Positions 9,486-17,977 of a stretch of DNA of 56,363 bases are shown piece after piece. Within the stretch, counting starts at the first letter, position 1; each line of letters begins with the position of its first letter. The position numbers and the translations under genes were made by a program. The notes beneath the pieces are model-generated. The model was given only the letters and a program-made list of their open reading frames with translations, was not told the origin of the DNA and did not search any database. Source of the DNA: Thermoplasmata archaeon (GTDB lineage: Archaea; Thermoplasmatota; Thermoplasmata; Lutacidiplasmatales; UBA184); contig DATGZQ010000023.1 of assembly GCA_035297125.1 (NCBI GenBank), positions 1 to 56,363 on the forward strand. The letters are read 5' to 3'.

Positions 9486-9563
9486 CGAACTTCATCTGCG
9501 CTCGAGCAGCGCCCGAGGCCGTATTCTCGACTCGGCGCTTCGCTCGACCGGGGTTGAACGATA

Positions 9564-10229
9564 ATGCTCAACGACCGGACCGAGGCCGGCGAGCGACTGG
9601 CCTCACGTCTTGAGAAGTATCGGGGCGAGCGGCCCATCGTCCTCGCGTTGCCAAGGGGCGGGGTCCCGGTCGCCGCCCCGATCGCCCGCCTCCTGGCCTC
9701 TCCTCTGGACGTGATCGTCGCCCGGAAGGTGGGGACGCCACGAAACCCCGAGTACGGGCTCGGGGCGGTCGTCGAGGACGGAACGGTGCTCCTGGACGAC
9801 GCCCGGGTCCGGGCCGCGGGGTACCGAGTGGAGGACCTAGCGGTAACGATTGCGAGGGAGCGCGAAGAGGCCGTGGAGCGGGCGCACCGGTATCGGGCCG
9901 GTCGGCCGCTTCCCGAGGTGTCGGGCCGGACCGTCGTCCTGGTCGACGACGGGATCGCCACGGGGGTGACCGTCCGCGCGGCGCTCAAGGCGCTTCGCCC
10001 GCGGGGCCCGCTTAGGATCCTGGTCGCTGCGGGGGTCGCTCCGGGAGACACGGTCCGGGAACTCGAGCGGGAGGCCGATGGGGTCGTCGTGCTCGAGAGC
10101 CCGGCAGAATTCTTCGCGGTCGGGGAGTTCTACCGTCGGTTCGAACCTGTGAGTGAGGACGAGGTGAGCCGCCTGCTCGCGCGCGGGACCGCTTCCTCGG
10201 GCCGCCAGTCCGACCCGCGAAACGGGTGA
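9564..10229 (+). CDS. Predicted phosphoribosyltransferase (COG1926-like)
   Basis: DRTEAGERLA, LPRGGVPVA, RKVGTPRNPEYGLGAV, PRPP-binding VLVDDGIATG, FAVGEFYRRF. Confidence 0.88.
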   Translation: MLNDRTEAGERLASRLEKYRGERPIVLALPRGGVPVAAPIARLLASPLDVIVARKVGTPRNPEYGLGAVVEDGTVLLDDARVRAAGYRVEDLAVTIAREREEAVERAHRYRAGRPLPEVSGRTVVLVDDGIATGVTVRAALKALRPRGPLRILVAAGVAPGDTVRELEREADGVVVLESPAEFFAVGEFYRRFEPVSEDEVSRLLARGTASSGRQSDPRNG

Positions 10230-10406
10230 GCCCGGTTCCGGCGGCCCCGCCGCGAGACCGTCCCTCTGCTCCCACGGGTCGCCGATCCAGGCCGGCCTGA
10301 CGCCCCCTTCCCCCGTTCGCGGCGACCCCCGCCCGCGGGAAGGGTGAGGTTTATCCGCTCCGAGGGGTGGCATCGGCCGGCCGCGATCGACCGCGGCCGA
10401 GGGAAG

Positions 10407-11189
10407 ATGCAGGGGAAATACCTCCGAACTCGGATCGACGACCACGTCGGCTACATCGAGATCGGGAAGCCGAAGGCGAACACCTACGACCTCGAGATGA
10501 TGCGAGAGGTCGACCAGGCGGTCGAGGAGCTCCGGTTCGACGAGAACGCGCGAGTGATTGTTCTGACGAGCTCGCTGCCGGGATTCTTCAGCGCCGGCGC
10601 GGACATCGAGATGCTCAAGGCGAGCCACCCCGACTTCAAGGCGATGTTCTGCCTCCACTGCCAGGAGACCCTCGACAAGTTCGCCTCGACTCCCAAGGTC
10701 GTCATCGCGGCGATCAACGGTCACTGCGTCGGCGGAGGGCTCGAGATCGCGCTCGCGTGCGACCTTAGGATGATGGCGAAGGACTCGGGCAAGATCGGAC
10801 TCCCCGAGGTCACGCTGGGCGTGCTTCCCGGGACCGGAGGCACGCAGCGGCTTCCCCGGCTCGTCGGGACGTCCCGCGCGCTCGACATGATGATCACCGG
10901 AAAGCTGCTCACCCCGGACGAAGCGCTGGCCATCGGGCTGGTGAACTACGTCTACCCGAAGGAGTCGTTCGCGAAGGACGTTCAGGCCTACGCGGTCGCC
11001 CTGGCCCACGGACCGGCCCGCGCGGTCAGCCTGATCAAGCGCTCGGTCGTGGAAGGGATCGAGGTTCCGTTGACGGCCGGTCTGGCCCTCGAGCGCGAGC
11101 TCCAGAACCGCCTGTTCATCACGGAAGACGCGAAGGAAGGGCTGGCGGCGTTCGTCGAGAAGCGGAAGCCCAGCTTTAAGGGCCGCTGA
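10407..11189 (+). CDS. Enoyl-CoA hydratase/isomerase (crotonase), aromatic-CoA catabolism-associated type
   Basis: FSAGADI, AINGHCVGGGLEIALACD, GLPEVTLGVLPGTGGTQRL, EDAKEGLAAFVEKRKP. ATG 10407 follows GAGGGAAG, and there is a TTTATC box at 10350. Confidence 0.92.
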   Translation: MQGKYLRTRIDDHVGYIEIGKPKANTYDLEMMREVDQAVEELRFDENARVIVLTSSLPGFFSAGADIEMLKASHPDFKAMFCLHCQETLDKFASTPKVVIAAINGHCVGGGLEIALACDLRMMAKDSGKIGLPEVTLGVLPGTGGTQRLPRLVGTSRALDMMITGKLLTPDEALAIGLVNYVYPKESFAKDVQAYAVALAHGPARAVSLIKRSVVEGIEVPLTAGLALERELQNRLFITEDAKEGLAAFVEKRKPSFKGR

Positions 11190-11215
11190 CGCCTTTCGAA
11201 CCCAACGGTCGCACG

Positions 11216-12043
11216 ATGACGGTTCCCGGAGCGGTCCAGGGGTCTCCCGTCGCGAAGAGCCTGAAGGACGGCGGGACGATCGAGCCCGTCCGCGAGATCC
11301 TGTGGGGCACCTCGCAGGGCGTCCGGAAGTACGAGACCCCCGAGGAGTTCCCGCCGGACATGCGGAAGCTCGTCGTGAAGCTCATGGTCGTCCAGGCGGA
11401 CACCGAGTTCGCCTCCATCCAGCAGCACCGCCCGTGGCTGGACAAGGCGCCGACGCTGGAGGACCGCTGGATCGAGTCCCGCATCATCGCGGACGAATCC
11501 CGCCACGGCCTCCAGGCCTGCCGGATTCTCCGAGAGTTCGGCGAAGAGGGCCAGCGGCTGATCGACGACCTGCTCGTTCGGCGCGAAGGGGATCACAAGC
11601 TGGACGCGTTCAACATGCCGTTCGACCGATGGTCGGACGTCGGGGCGTTCACGTGCTTCGTCGACCGGGTCGGGGTCTACCAGCTGCGTGCCTTTCAGGA
11701 GTGCTCGTTCGGCCCGCTGGCGAGGGCGATGCCGCTGATGCTGAGCGAGGAACAGCTCCACCTGAACTTCGGCGCGAGCGTCCTTCGACGGATGGTCCAG
11801 GACGGACCGAAGTACTATGGATCGAAGAAGGAGGCGCAGGAGTCCGTCCTGAAATGGTACCCCCGCGCGCTCGACATGTTCGGCCACTCGAACTCGGAGA
11901 CGAGCCGCCGCGCGATCGAGTTCGGCCTGAAGCGCTGGACGAACGAGGAAGCCCGCCACCGATACATCGAGGAGACGCGCGCGATCGTGTCGTCGATCGG
12001 GCTCGAGCTCCCTCCTGAGGAGTTCGACCGGCGGGTCCTCTAG
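11216..12043 (+). CDS. Ferritin-like diiron aryl-CoA epoxidase, short BoxB/PaaA-family protein
   Basis: QADTEFAS, DESRH (ExxH), FNMPFDRW, FVDRVG, SFGPLAR, EEQLH (ExxH), KWYPRALDMFG: a complete carboxylate/His diiron ligand set. Confidence 0.8.
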   Translation: MTVPGAVQGSPVAKSLKDGGTIEPVREILWGTSQGVRKYETPEEFPPDMRKLVVKLMVVQADTEFASIQQHRPWLDKAPTLEDRWIESRIIADESRHGLQACRILREFGEEGQRLIDDLLVRREGDHKLDAFNMPFDRWSDVGAFTCFVDRVGVYQLRAFQECSFGPLARAMPLMLSEEQLHLNFGASVLRRMVQDGPKYYGSKKEAQESVLKWYPRALDMFGHSNSETSRRAIEFGLKRWTNEEARHRYIEETRAIVSSIGLELPPEEFDRRVL

Positions 12044-12076
12044 GGGCCCGCTCCCGGCGGGGTTCCCCGTCGTGCG

Positions 12077-13048
12077 TCAGAACAGGTGGTCCTCGACCAG
12101 GCGGGCGGGGCCGCCGGGCGCGGACTCGATCACGGAGGAGACGCTCGCCAGACCCCCGAGCCTCTCCCTGACCGCGGTGACGTCCTGCTGTCGACAATTG
12201 ACGAACACGTTCTCGCCCGCATCGATCGAGAAGTAGGCCTGGGTCCCGGCCTCCCGGAGGGCGAGGACCGCACGGATCACGTCGAGGGTAGCGCCCGACC
12301 AGTAGACCAGGGGCGGGTCGGACGTGAGCATCGTGGCGTGCATGTTGAGCGTGTCCACCTCGGCGAGGCGCGCGACCTCGGTCCCGTTCCGGGCCCGGAG
12401 CGCAGCCCGCATCCGGTCGAGCGCGCCGACGAGGTACTCGAGGCGCGTCGCGAAGAACGGGGAGGTGGCGGTCGTGATCCGCATCCCCTCGGAACTTCCC
12501 ACCTTCTTAGGGCTCTCCCCCACGCCGACCGCTAGGGTCCGGAAGTCGAGGTCGTCCGGCCCGGCCAGGCGGACGGCCACGGAATGGAGATCGTCCCCCG
12601 CGAGCAGTTCCGCGAACCCTCCCGGGATGCTCCGGCTCGCCGACCCGGAGCCGAGCCTCGCGAGACGGGAGAGCTCGGGGAGAGGCATCGCGAGCCCTGC
12701 GGCGGCGACACCCGAGACCGTGAGAGCGGCGAAGCCGGACGCCGACGAGGCGAACCCGACGCCGGGCGGAAAGCCATTCTCGGAGACCACGCGGGCGCGC
12801 ATCTTCGAACCGGCAAGGGCACGGATCCGGTCGAGATGCTTGAACACCCGCGGGTCGTTGGAGGGCCGCTGGTTGAGGACCAAGGAATCGTGGGCGATCG
12901 CCTCCGAGAACTCGACCGTGGTCCGGGTGGTGAGGGCGGCGAGGCAGACGCTGATGCTCCCGTTCGAGGGTACGCGAAGGGCCTCGTCCGTCTTGCCCCA
13001 GTACTTGATCAGTCCCTGGTTGGCGCAGGCGATCGCGGTGGACTTCAG
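12077..13048 (-). CDS. mvaD: (Di)phosphomevalonate decarboxylase, GHMP family
   Basis: QGLIKYWGK, NGSIS, GFASSASGFAA, ARLGSGSASRS, SIDAGENV (catalytic Asp), C-terminal VEDHLF. Homology begins at LKSTAIA, so the start is probably CTG 13048 (see findings). Confidence 0.85.
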   Translation of the reverse strand: MKSTAIACANQGLIKYWGKTDEALRVPSNGSISVCLAALTTRTTVEFSEAIAHDSLVLNQRPSNDPRVFKHLDRIRALAGSKMRARVVSENGFPPGVGFASSASGFAALTVSGVAAAGLAMPLPELSRLARLGSGSASRSIPGGFAELLAGDDLHSVAVRLAGPDDLDFRTLAVGVGESPKKVGSSEGMRITTATSPFFATRLEYLVGALDRMRAALRARNGTEVARLAEVDTLNMHATMLTSDPPLVYWSGATLDVIRAVLALREAGTQAYFSIDAGENVFVNCRQQDVTAVRERLGGLASVSSVIESAPGGPARLVEDHLF

Positions 13049-13049
13049 C

Positions 13050-13574
13050 CTAGATCCCTCCGTTCGCCACGACGTCCACGAGTGGACGGACACGGTCGAC
13101 CATCGCGACCTCCTCCCGGTCCATCTTTTCCCAGCGGTCCTTCGCGACGACGTCCCAGCGGATAGGGTCTACGTCCCTGCGCCGGGCCATCGCCCGCTGC
13201 CGCCGGGTCGCCTCGTCCGTCCGAACCTCGACCACGAGGAGCCGGGCCCCGAGCTCCCGACGGAACCCCTCGACCTCCTCCTTGACCCGGAGACCGTCCA
13301 GCACGACGAGGTCCGACCCCGACCCGCGGATCTTCTCCAGCACCGGCGCGACCCGCCAGGTGGGGTTCTCGGCGACCAGCGAGGCGAACAGCGCCCAGGT
13401 CTCGTCCCGCGACACGGAGAGCCCGCGCTCCTTCGCGACCTCGCGGGTGAGGTCGCCGAGGTCGATGTGGGCGAACCCCTTCGTTCCCAGCAGCTTCGAG
13501 AGCTCGCTCTTTCCCGCGCACGTGTAGCCGGTGAGTCCGATCACGAGGCGGGAGCCTCCTTCGGAAGCGGTCAT
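13050..13574 (-). CDS. P-loop NMP-kinase-fold protein (archaeal dephospho-CoA-kinase-like family), substrate unknown
   Basis: IGLTGYTCAGKS, DLGDLTRE, VVLDGLRVKEE, EATRRQR...RRD. ATG 13574 is preferred over the track's 13730. Confidence 0.78.
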   Translation of the reverse strand: MTASEGGSRLVIGLTGYTCAGKSELSKLLGTKGFAHIDLGDLTREVAKERGLSVSRDETWALFASLVAENPTWRVAPVLEKIRGSGSDLVVLDGLRVKEEVEGFRRELGARLLVVEVRTDEATRRQRAMARRRDVDPIRWDVVAKDRWEKMDREEVAMVDRVRPLVDVVANGGI

Positions 13575-13719
13575 GCGGGTCAGCGTCTCTTCCTCTAGGG
13601 TCCTGAGGCAACCGAGGCGATAGCGTCTGCGAGGCGGAACGGTGGGCGGCTGCCCCCCCACGGCCCGCCCCGTCCGGGGACGGGACAAGCCGTTATGCCA
13701 CCGTCCTCTTCCTTGGGTC

Positions 13720-14217
13720 GTGACACGCAAGGCTTCGGCCGCCGAACCCCGCCCGACCCGCCCGCTGCCGGATCTGTACCACGCCGCCCGACGGGGCGGT
13801 TTTCACCAGACCGTCGGGTTCCGGGTCGTCGTTGCCCAGAGCGGACGCGGCTTCTGCACGGTCGCCGGTCGGGTGAAACGCCAGCACCTGAACATCAATG
13901 GGATTGTGCACGGGGGCGTCTACGCGACGATCCTCGATACCGCGATGGGCGCCGCGGTGCTCTCCTTGTTGACGGAGGAGGAGACGGCCGCGACCACATC
14001 CCTCTACGTGGAGTTCCTGAGCGCTGCCCGGGCCGGGGACACTCTCACCGCACGAGGGCACGTCCTCCGGCGGGGCCGGCACATCGCGTTCGCCGAGGGG
14101 GACCTGTTCGGCGCCGACGGGCACACGCTCAGCCAGGCGCGCGGGACGTGGTACATCTGGTCGGCGGCGGAGACCCCGCGGAGCGTCCGGGCGGCAACGC
14201 GCCGGCGTACGCGCTGA
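13720..14217 (+). CDS. PaaI-family (hotdog) acyl-CoA thioesterase
   Basis: HLNINGIVHGGVYATILDTAMG, TTSLYVEFL, VLRRGRHIAFAEG. Start approximate (GTG 13720). Confidence 0.88.
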   Translation: MTRKASAAEPRPTRPLPDLYHAARRGGFHQTVGFRVVVAQSGRGFCTVAGRVKRQHLNINGIVHGGVYATILDTAMGAAVLSLLTEEETAATTSLYVEFLSAARAGDTLTARGHVLRRGRHIAFAEGDLFGADGHTLSQARGTWYIWSAAETPRSVRAATRRRTR

Positions 14218-14259
14218 GGTCGACCGGCTCGCCCGGAGCGGTCACCGCCCGGGGCGCCG

Positions 14260-16698
14260 TCACGTCCGCGCCGTCTCGGCAAGGCGTCGGCCCAGCCGTT
14301 CGACGACCTCGAGGTGCTCGAGCCCTTTCACGACGCCTCGCGTGCCTTCGGGGTACGAATGGGTCCGGAAGAACGACCGGACGTCCTCGGGGTGGCTAAG
14401 CCCGAGGACGGGGAGCACGCCCTCGAGAACAAGGGCGAGGTAGCCGGACCCCCGGAACAGTTCGTCCAGCCGGTCGAGCCGCTGGGTGAGCCACGGCCAT
14501 ACGACCGGGCGCCCGGCCGGATTCATCGCGGCCTGCACGACCGCCCCGAGGATGTGGCTGCGGTTGACCGCGCCCGATATGGCGAACTCGAGCGCCTCGC
14601 GGACGAGGCCGGGTTCCGAGCACCATCCGAGGGCCCGGGCAAGCCGGAGGGCATCGCTGTCGAGGACCGGGCGCTCGAGGGCTCGCCGGATCTCGTGGTA
14701 TCCCGCCGCGCCGTCCTGGCGCGCCCGGGCGATCGCCACGGACTGGCGGAGGTCCGGGTCGAGCCGACCCCATTCGGGGAACAGGCTCGCAAGCTCCCGG
14801 GCGAACGTCGCGTCGACCCGAACGCGCGCGAAGGCAATACGGTCCCGTAGCACACCGTTCGCGCCCGGTTCGTCGGGCCGGCGCTGCGGCCCTACACGGG
14901 CGAACGCCTCGGCGAGGTAGGACCGTGCGAACTCCTGCACCGGTGCGATCGCGGGGTACAGGAGCGCGAAGCCCGCGAGCGAGGAGCAGATCGGCTCCAC
15001 CACGAGCCGGTCGTTCGTGGCGCCCAACGCCCGAACGAACCGGGTGTACGTCGACCAGTCGGCATCGCCCGACAGGACGAACGCGCTGAGGTCGGAGAGG
15101 ACGACCCACCGGTCGGAGGCCCTCATCGAAGGGAGCGCGACCAGAAGGCGGTCGTAGAGGGTCCGGTCGTAGAGGACCCGGTAGAAGCCGACCCCGTCCG
15201 GGTTGAGGTGGACGGTCGCGGTCGGGGAGACTGGCACGGTCCGCGTTCGGGTATCCCAGCGTAGCCGCTGTCGCTGGCCGTCGACGTCCAGGACCATCGT
15301 CATCGGCCACGGGTCCTCCTCGAGGGACCCCAGGTACGAGAACCGGCGCTGCTCCAGCTCGAGGCCCTTGGGGCCGATCCGGGCGGAAACGACCGGGAAG
15401 CCGGGCCGGTCGATCCACGGGCCGGCGATCGAGGTCACCGGTTCTCCCGACGCGCGCTCGAGGGCGGCCCACAGGTCGTCGGTCCGCGCGTTCCGGAACC
15501 GGAATCGCTGGAGGTACTCGGTCACGCCCGCGCGGAACCGGTCGTCGCCGAGGTGGCGGTTGAGCATCGCGAGGACGCTCGAGCCCTTCCCGTAACTGAT
15601 CTCGTCGAAGATCTGGCTCATCTCCTCGGGCCGGTGGACCGTCACCCGGATCGGGTGGGTCGCCCGGAGCGAATCGCCGCCCATCGCTTGGGCCATGCCC
15701 GCGGTGCGAAGGAAGAAGTCGGTCCACGGGTCCAGCGCCGGAGCGATCCGGTCGGTGATCACGGTCTCCATCAGCGAGGCGAAGCTCTCGTTGAGCCAGA
15801 TGTCGTCCCACCACGACATCGTCACCAGGTTCCCGAACCACTGGTGCGCGATCTCGTGCGCGACGGTCTCGAAGACATCGCTCTGGGCGAACGAACCGCT
15901 GGACGAATCCACTAGGAGGCGCGTCTCCTGGAAACTGATCGCACCCCAGTTCTCCATCGCTCCGAACGCGTGCTCCGCGACCGCGATCAGGTCGAGCTTC
16001 GACAGCGGGTAGGGAACGCCGTAGTACTCCTCGCACGCCCGCAGGATCCGAGTCCCCGCCTCCAGGGCGTACCGACCCGATTCCCGTCGACCCGGCGGAG
16101 TCAGCACGCGCACGACGACCCGGCCGGACCGGTCCTCGAGGCGGTCGAACTTCCCGAGCGCGAAGTAGAACAGATACGTCGCCATCGGAGGAGTGGGTCC
16201 GAACTCCCATTCGCGCGACCCGTCCACGACCCGGTTCGAGACCGGTTCGGTGTTCGCGACCACGTCGAGATCGGCCGCGGCCCGCACCGTGAGATGGACG
16301 CGGGCCTTGCGGTCCGGACGGTCGACGCAGGGGAATATCCGCCGCGCGCCGGACGGCTCGCAGTGGGTCGTGAGCAGGTAGCCGCTACCCTGCCGCGAGC
16401 GGTACAGGCCGAAGAGGGCGTTCGTGTCCACGGCTCCTTCGAAGTCTATCGAGACGCGCGCCGAGGAGCCCGGAGCGCACGTGATCGAGAGCTCCTGCTC
16501 GGCCCGGGTCACGGTATACGGCGCCGCCCTCCCGTCCACCCGGGCGGCCGTCACGGTCAGGCCGTCGGCATCCAGTCGGCACGCCGGCCCGTGCTCGGGA
16601 AGGTCGAACTCGACGGTCCCCTTCCACCGAAGGTTGGCGAAATCCACGTCCAGCCGAAGACGGTAATCGTTCGGAGCCGGGTCCTGTGCATCGGTCAC
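14260..16698 (-). CDS. M1 family aminopeptidase (tricorn-interacting factor F2/F3-like)
   Basis: THCEPSGARRIFPCVDRP, GAMENWG, HEIAHQWFGNLVT...WLNESFA, FDEISYGKG. Confidence 0.95.
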   Translation of the reverse strand: MTDAQDPAPNDYRLRLDVDFANLRWKGTVEFDLPEHGPACRLDADGLTVTAARVDGRAAPYTVTRAEQELSITCAPGSSARVSIDFEGAVDTNALFGLYRSRQGSGYLLTTHCEPSGARRIFPCVDRPDRKARVHLTVRAAADLDVVANTEPVSNRVVDGSREWEFGPTPPMATYLFYFALGKFDRLEDRSGRVVVRVLTPPGRRESGRYALEAGTRILRACEEYYGVPYPLSKLDLIAVAEHAFGAMENWGAISFQETRLLVDSSSGSFAQSDVFETVAHEIAHQWFGNLVTMSWWDDIWLNESFASLMETVITDRIAPALDPWTDFFLRTAGMAQAMGGDSLRATHPIRVTVHRPEEMSQIFDEISYGKGSSVLAMLNRHLGDDRFRAGVTEYLQRFRFRNARTDDLWAALERASGEPVTSIAGPWIDRPGFPVVSARIGPKGLELEQRRFSYLGSLEEDPWPMTMVLDVDGQRQRLRWDTRTRTVPVSPTATVHLNPDGVGFYRVLYDRTLYDRLLVALPSMRASDRWVVLSDLSAFVLSGDADWSTYTRFVRALGATNDRLVVEPICSSLAGFALLYPAIAPVQEFARSYLAEAFARVGPQRRPDEPGANGVLRDRIAFARVRVDATFARELASLFPEWGRLDPDLRQSVAIARARQDGAAGYHEIRRALERPVLDSDALRLARALGWCSEPGLVREALEFAISGAVNRSHILGAVVQAAMNPAGRPVVWPWLTQRLDRLDELFRGSGYLALVLEGVLPVLGLSHPEDVRSFFRTHSYPEGTRGVVKGLEHLEVVERLGRRLAETART

Positions 16699-16814
16699 AA
16701 AGGAAGGTCCGGTCCTCGTTGGGTCGGTCCCGGACTACGGCCCGACGACCGATGGGCCAAGATGAAGGTTTCTCGCCGGTGAGGCCGGAGGGCAGGTCGG
16801 CGGGAACCCCCGAA

Positions 16815-16827
16815 CCAAAGTTAAATA
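16815..16827 (+). promoter_or_regulatory. BRE/TATA promoter of 5S rRNA
   Basis: ccaaagTTAAATA lies about 24 nt upstream of the 5S 5' end in an otherwise GC-rich context. Confidence 0.75.
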
Positions 16828-16849
16828 GGACGGCTTGGTCGCCTCCGTC

Positions 16850-16972
16850 GGCTGACGGCCAAAGCGGTGGGGAAACACCCGGTCCCATCTCGAACCCGGC
16901 AGTTAAGCCCACTGGCGTTCCGCGCGGTACTGAAGTGCGCGAGCCTACGGGAAACGCGGAAAGCTGTCAGCC
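16850..16972 (+). rRNA. rrf: 5S rRNA (not linked to 16S/23S)
   Basis: Terminal helix GGCTGACGGC/GCTGTCAGCC; conserved CCCGGTCCCATCTCGAACCCGGCAGTTAAGCCC and GGTACTG...GGGAAAC; about 123 nt. Confidence 0.95.
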
Positions 16973-16977
16973 TCCCG

Positions 16978-16999
16978 CCCTCTCGGCCGGTCGAGAGGG
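16978..16999 (+). terminator. Hairpin downstream of 5S rRNA (processing or termination candidate)
   Basis: CCCTCTCG-gccggt-CGAGAGGG is an 8-bp perfect stem; there is no U-tract. Confidence 0.3.
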
Positions 17000-17034
17000 C
17001 ATAGGTTAATCCTCGCCGGGCGGTCCCGCCGCGG

Positions 17035-17952
17035 ATGTACCTGGGCGCGCATATCGGCATCACCGGGGGCTTTGACGGGGCCGTCCGCCAGGCTCGCGAG
17101 ATCGGGTGCGAGTCGCTGCAGGTGTTCTCGAAGAGCCCCCAGATGTGGGCAGGCCCCGCGATCCCCGCGGAGGCGGCCGAGAAGTTCCGGACCGCCGTCC
17201 GGTCGGAGGGACTCCGGGCCACGGCCGTCCACCACGGATACCTGCTGAACCTCGCGAACCCGAAGCCCGAGATGCTCGAACGCTCCCGCCGTGCGTTCCT
17301 GGACGAGATCCAGCGAGCGGAGCTGCTGGGCGTGGACGCGCTCGTCTTCCACCCGGGGGCTCACCTCGAGGCGACGAAGACCGAGGGGCTACGGACCCTG
17401 ACGGAGAGCCTCCGCGCGGCGCTGGAGGAGGTGCCCGACGGGAAGGTCCGGCTCGTCCTCGAGAACTCCGCGGGGCAGGGGACAACGCTCTGCTCTACGT
17501 TCGATGAGCTCGCCGAGGTCCTCAGAGCCGTGGGGGCCCCCGCGCGGCTCGGCGTGCTCCTCGATACGTGCCACCTGTTCGCCGCCGGGCTCGACTTCCG
17601 CACCGCGGAAGGCTACGGAGCCCTCGTAGACCGGGTGGACGGGACGTTCGGCACCGACGCGATCCGGGGGTTCCATCTCAATGACGCGAAGGCGCCCGTC
17701 GGCTCCCACCTCGACCGACACGAGAACATCGGACGTGGCGAGATCGGTGTCGAAGGGTTCCGGCATTTCGTGAACGACCGCCGATGGGCCGGCGTCCCCG
17801 CCTACCTCGAGACGCCGCTCGACGAGCGAGGGTACGCGCGGTACGCCGAGGATCTGGTGACGCTCCGCGACCTGATCGACAGTGGCCGAAAGCCCGCCGC
17901 GCGGCGTCGCGCCGCGGGTCCGGCCGCTCGCCGCGCCTCAACGGTCAAATAG
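17035..17952 (+). CDS. nfo: Endonuclease IV (AP endonuclease family 2)
   Basis: LGAHIG, HHGYLLNLA, VFHPG, LENSAGQG, LDTCHLFAAG, FHLNDAK, DRHENIGRG, YLETP; GTTAAT box 25 nt upstream. Confidence 0.95.
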   Translation: MYLGAHIGITGGFDGAVRQAREIGCESLQVFSKSPQMWAGPAIPAEAAEKFRTAVRSEGLRATAVHHGYLLNLANPKPEMLERSRRAFLDEIQRAELLGVDALVFHPGAHLEATKTEGLRTLTESLRAALEEVPDGKVRLVLENSAGQGTTLCSTFDELAEVLRAVGAPARLGVLLDTCHLFAAGLDFRTAEGYGALVDRVDGTFGTDAIRGFHLNDAKAPVGSHLDRHENIGRGEIGVEGFRHFVNDRRWAGVPAYLETPLDERGYARYAEDLVTLRDLIDSGRKPAARRRAAGPAARRASTVK

Positions 17953-17977
17953 CCCGGCCTTCCTCCGCGCGTCGCTC

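Noticed and set aside
13050-13052. Pyrrolysine or amber read-through joining the kinase and the decarboxylase
   Set aside because: The decarboxylase is in a different frame (+1) from the TAG, and there are no pyl genes in the window.
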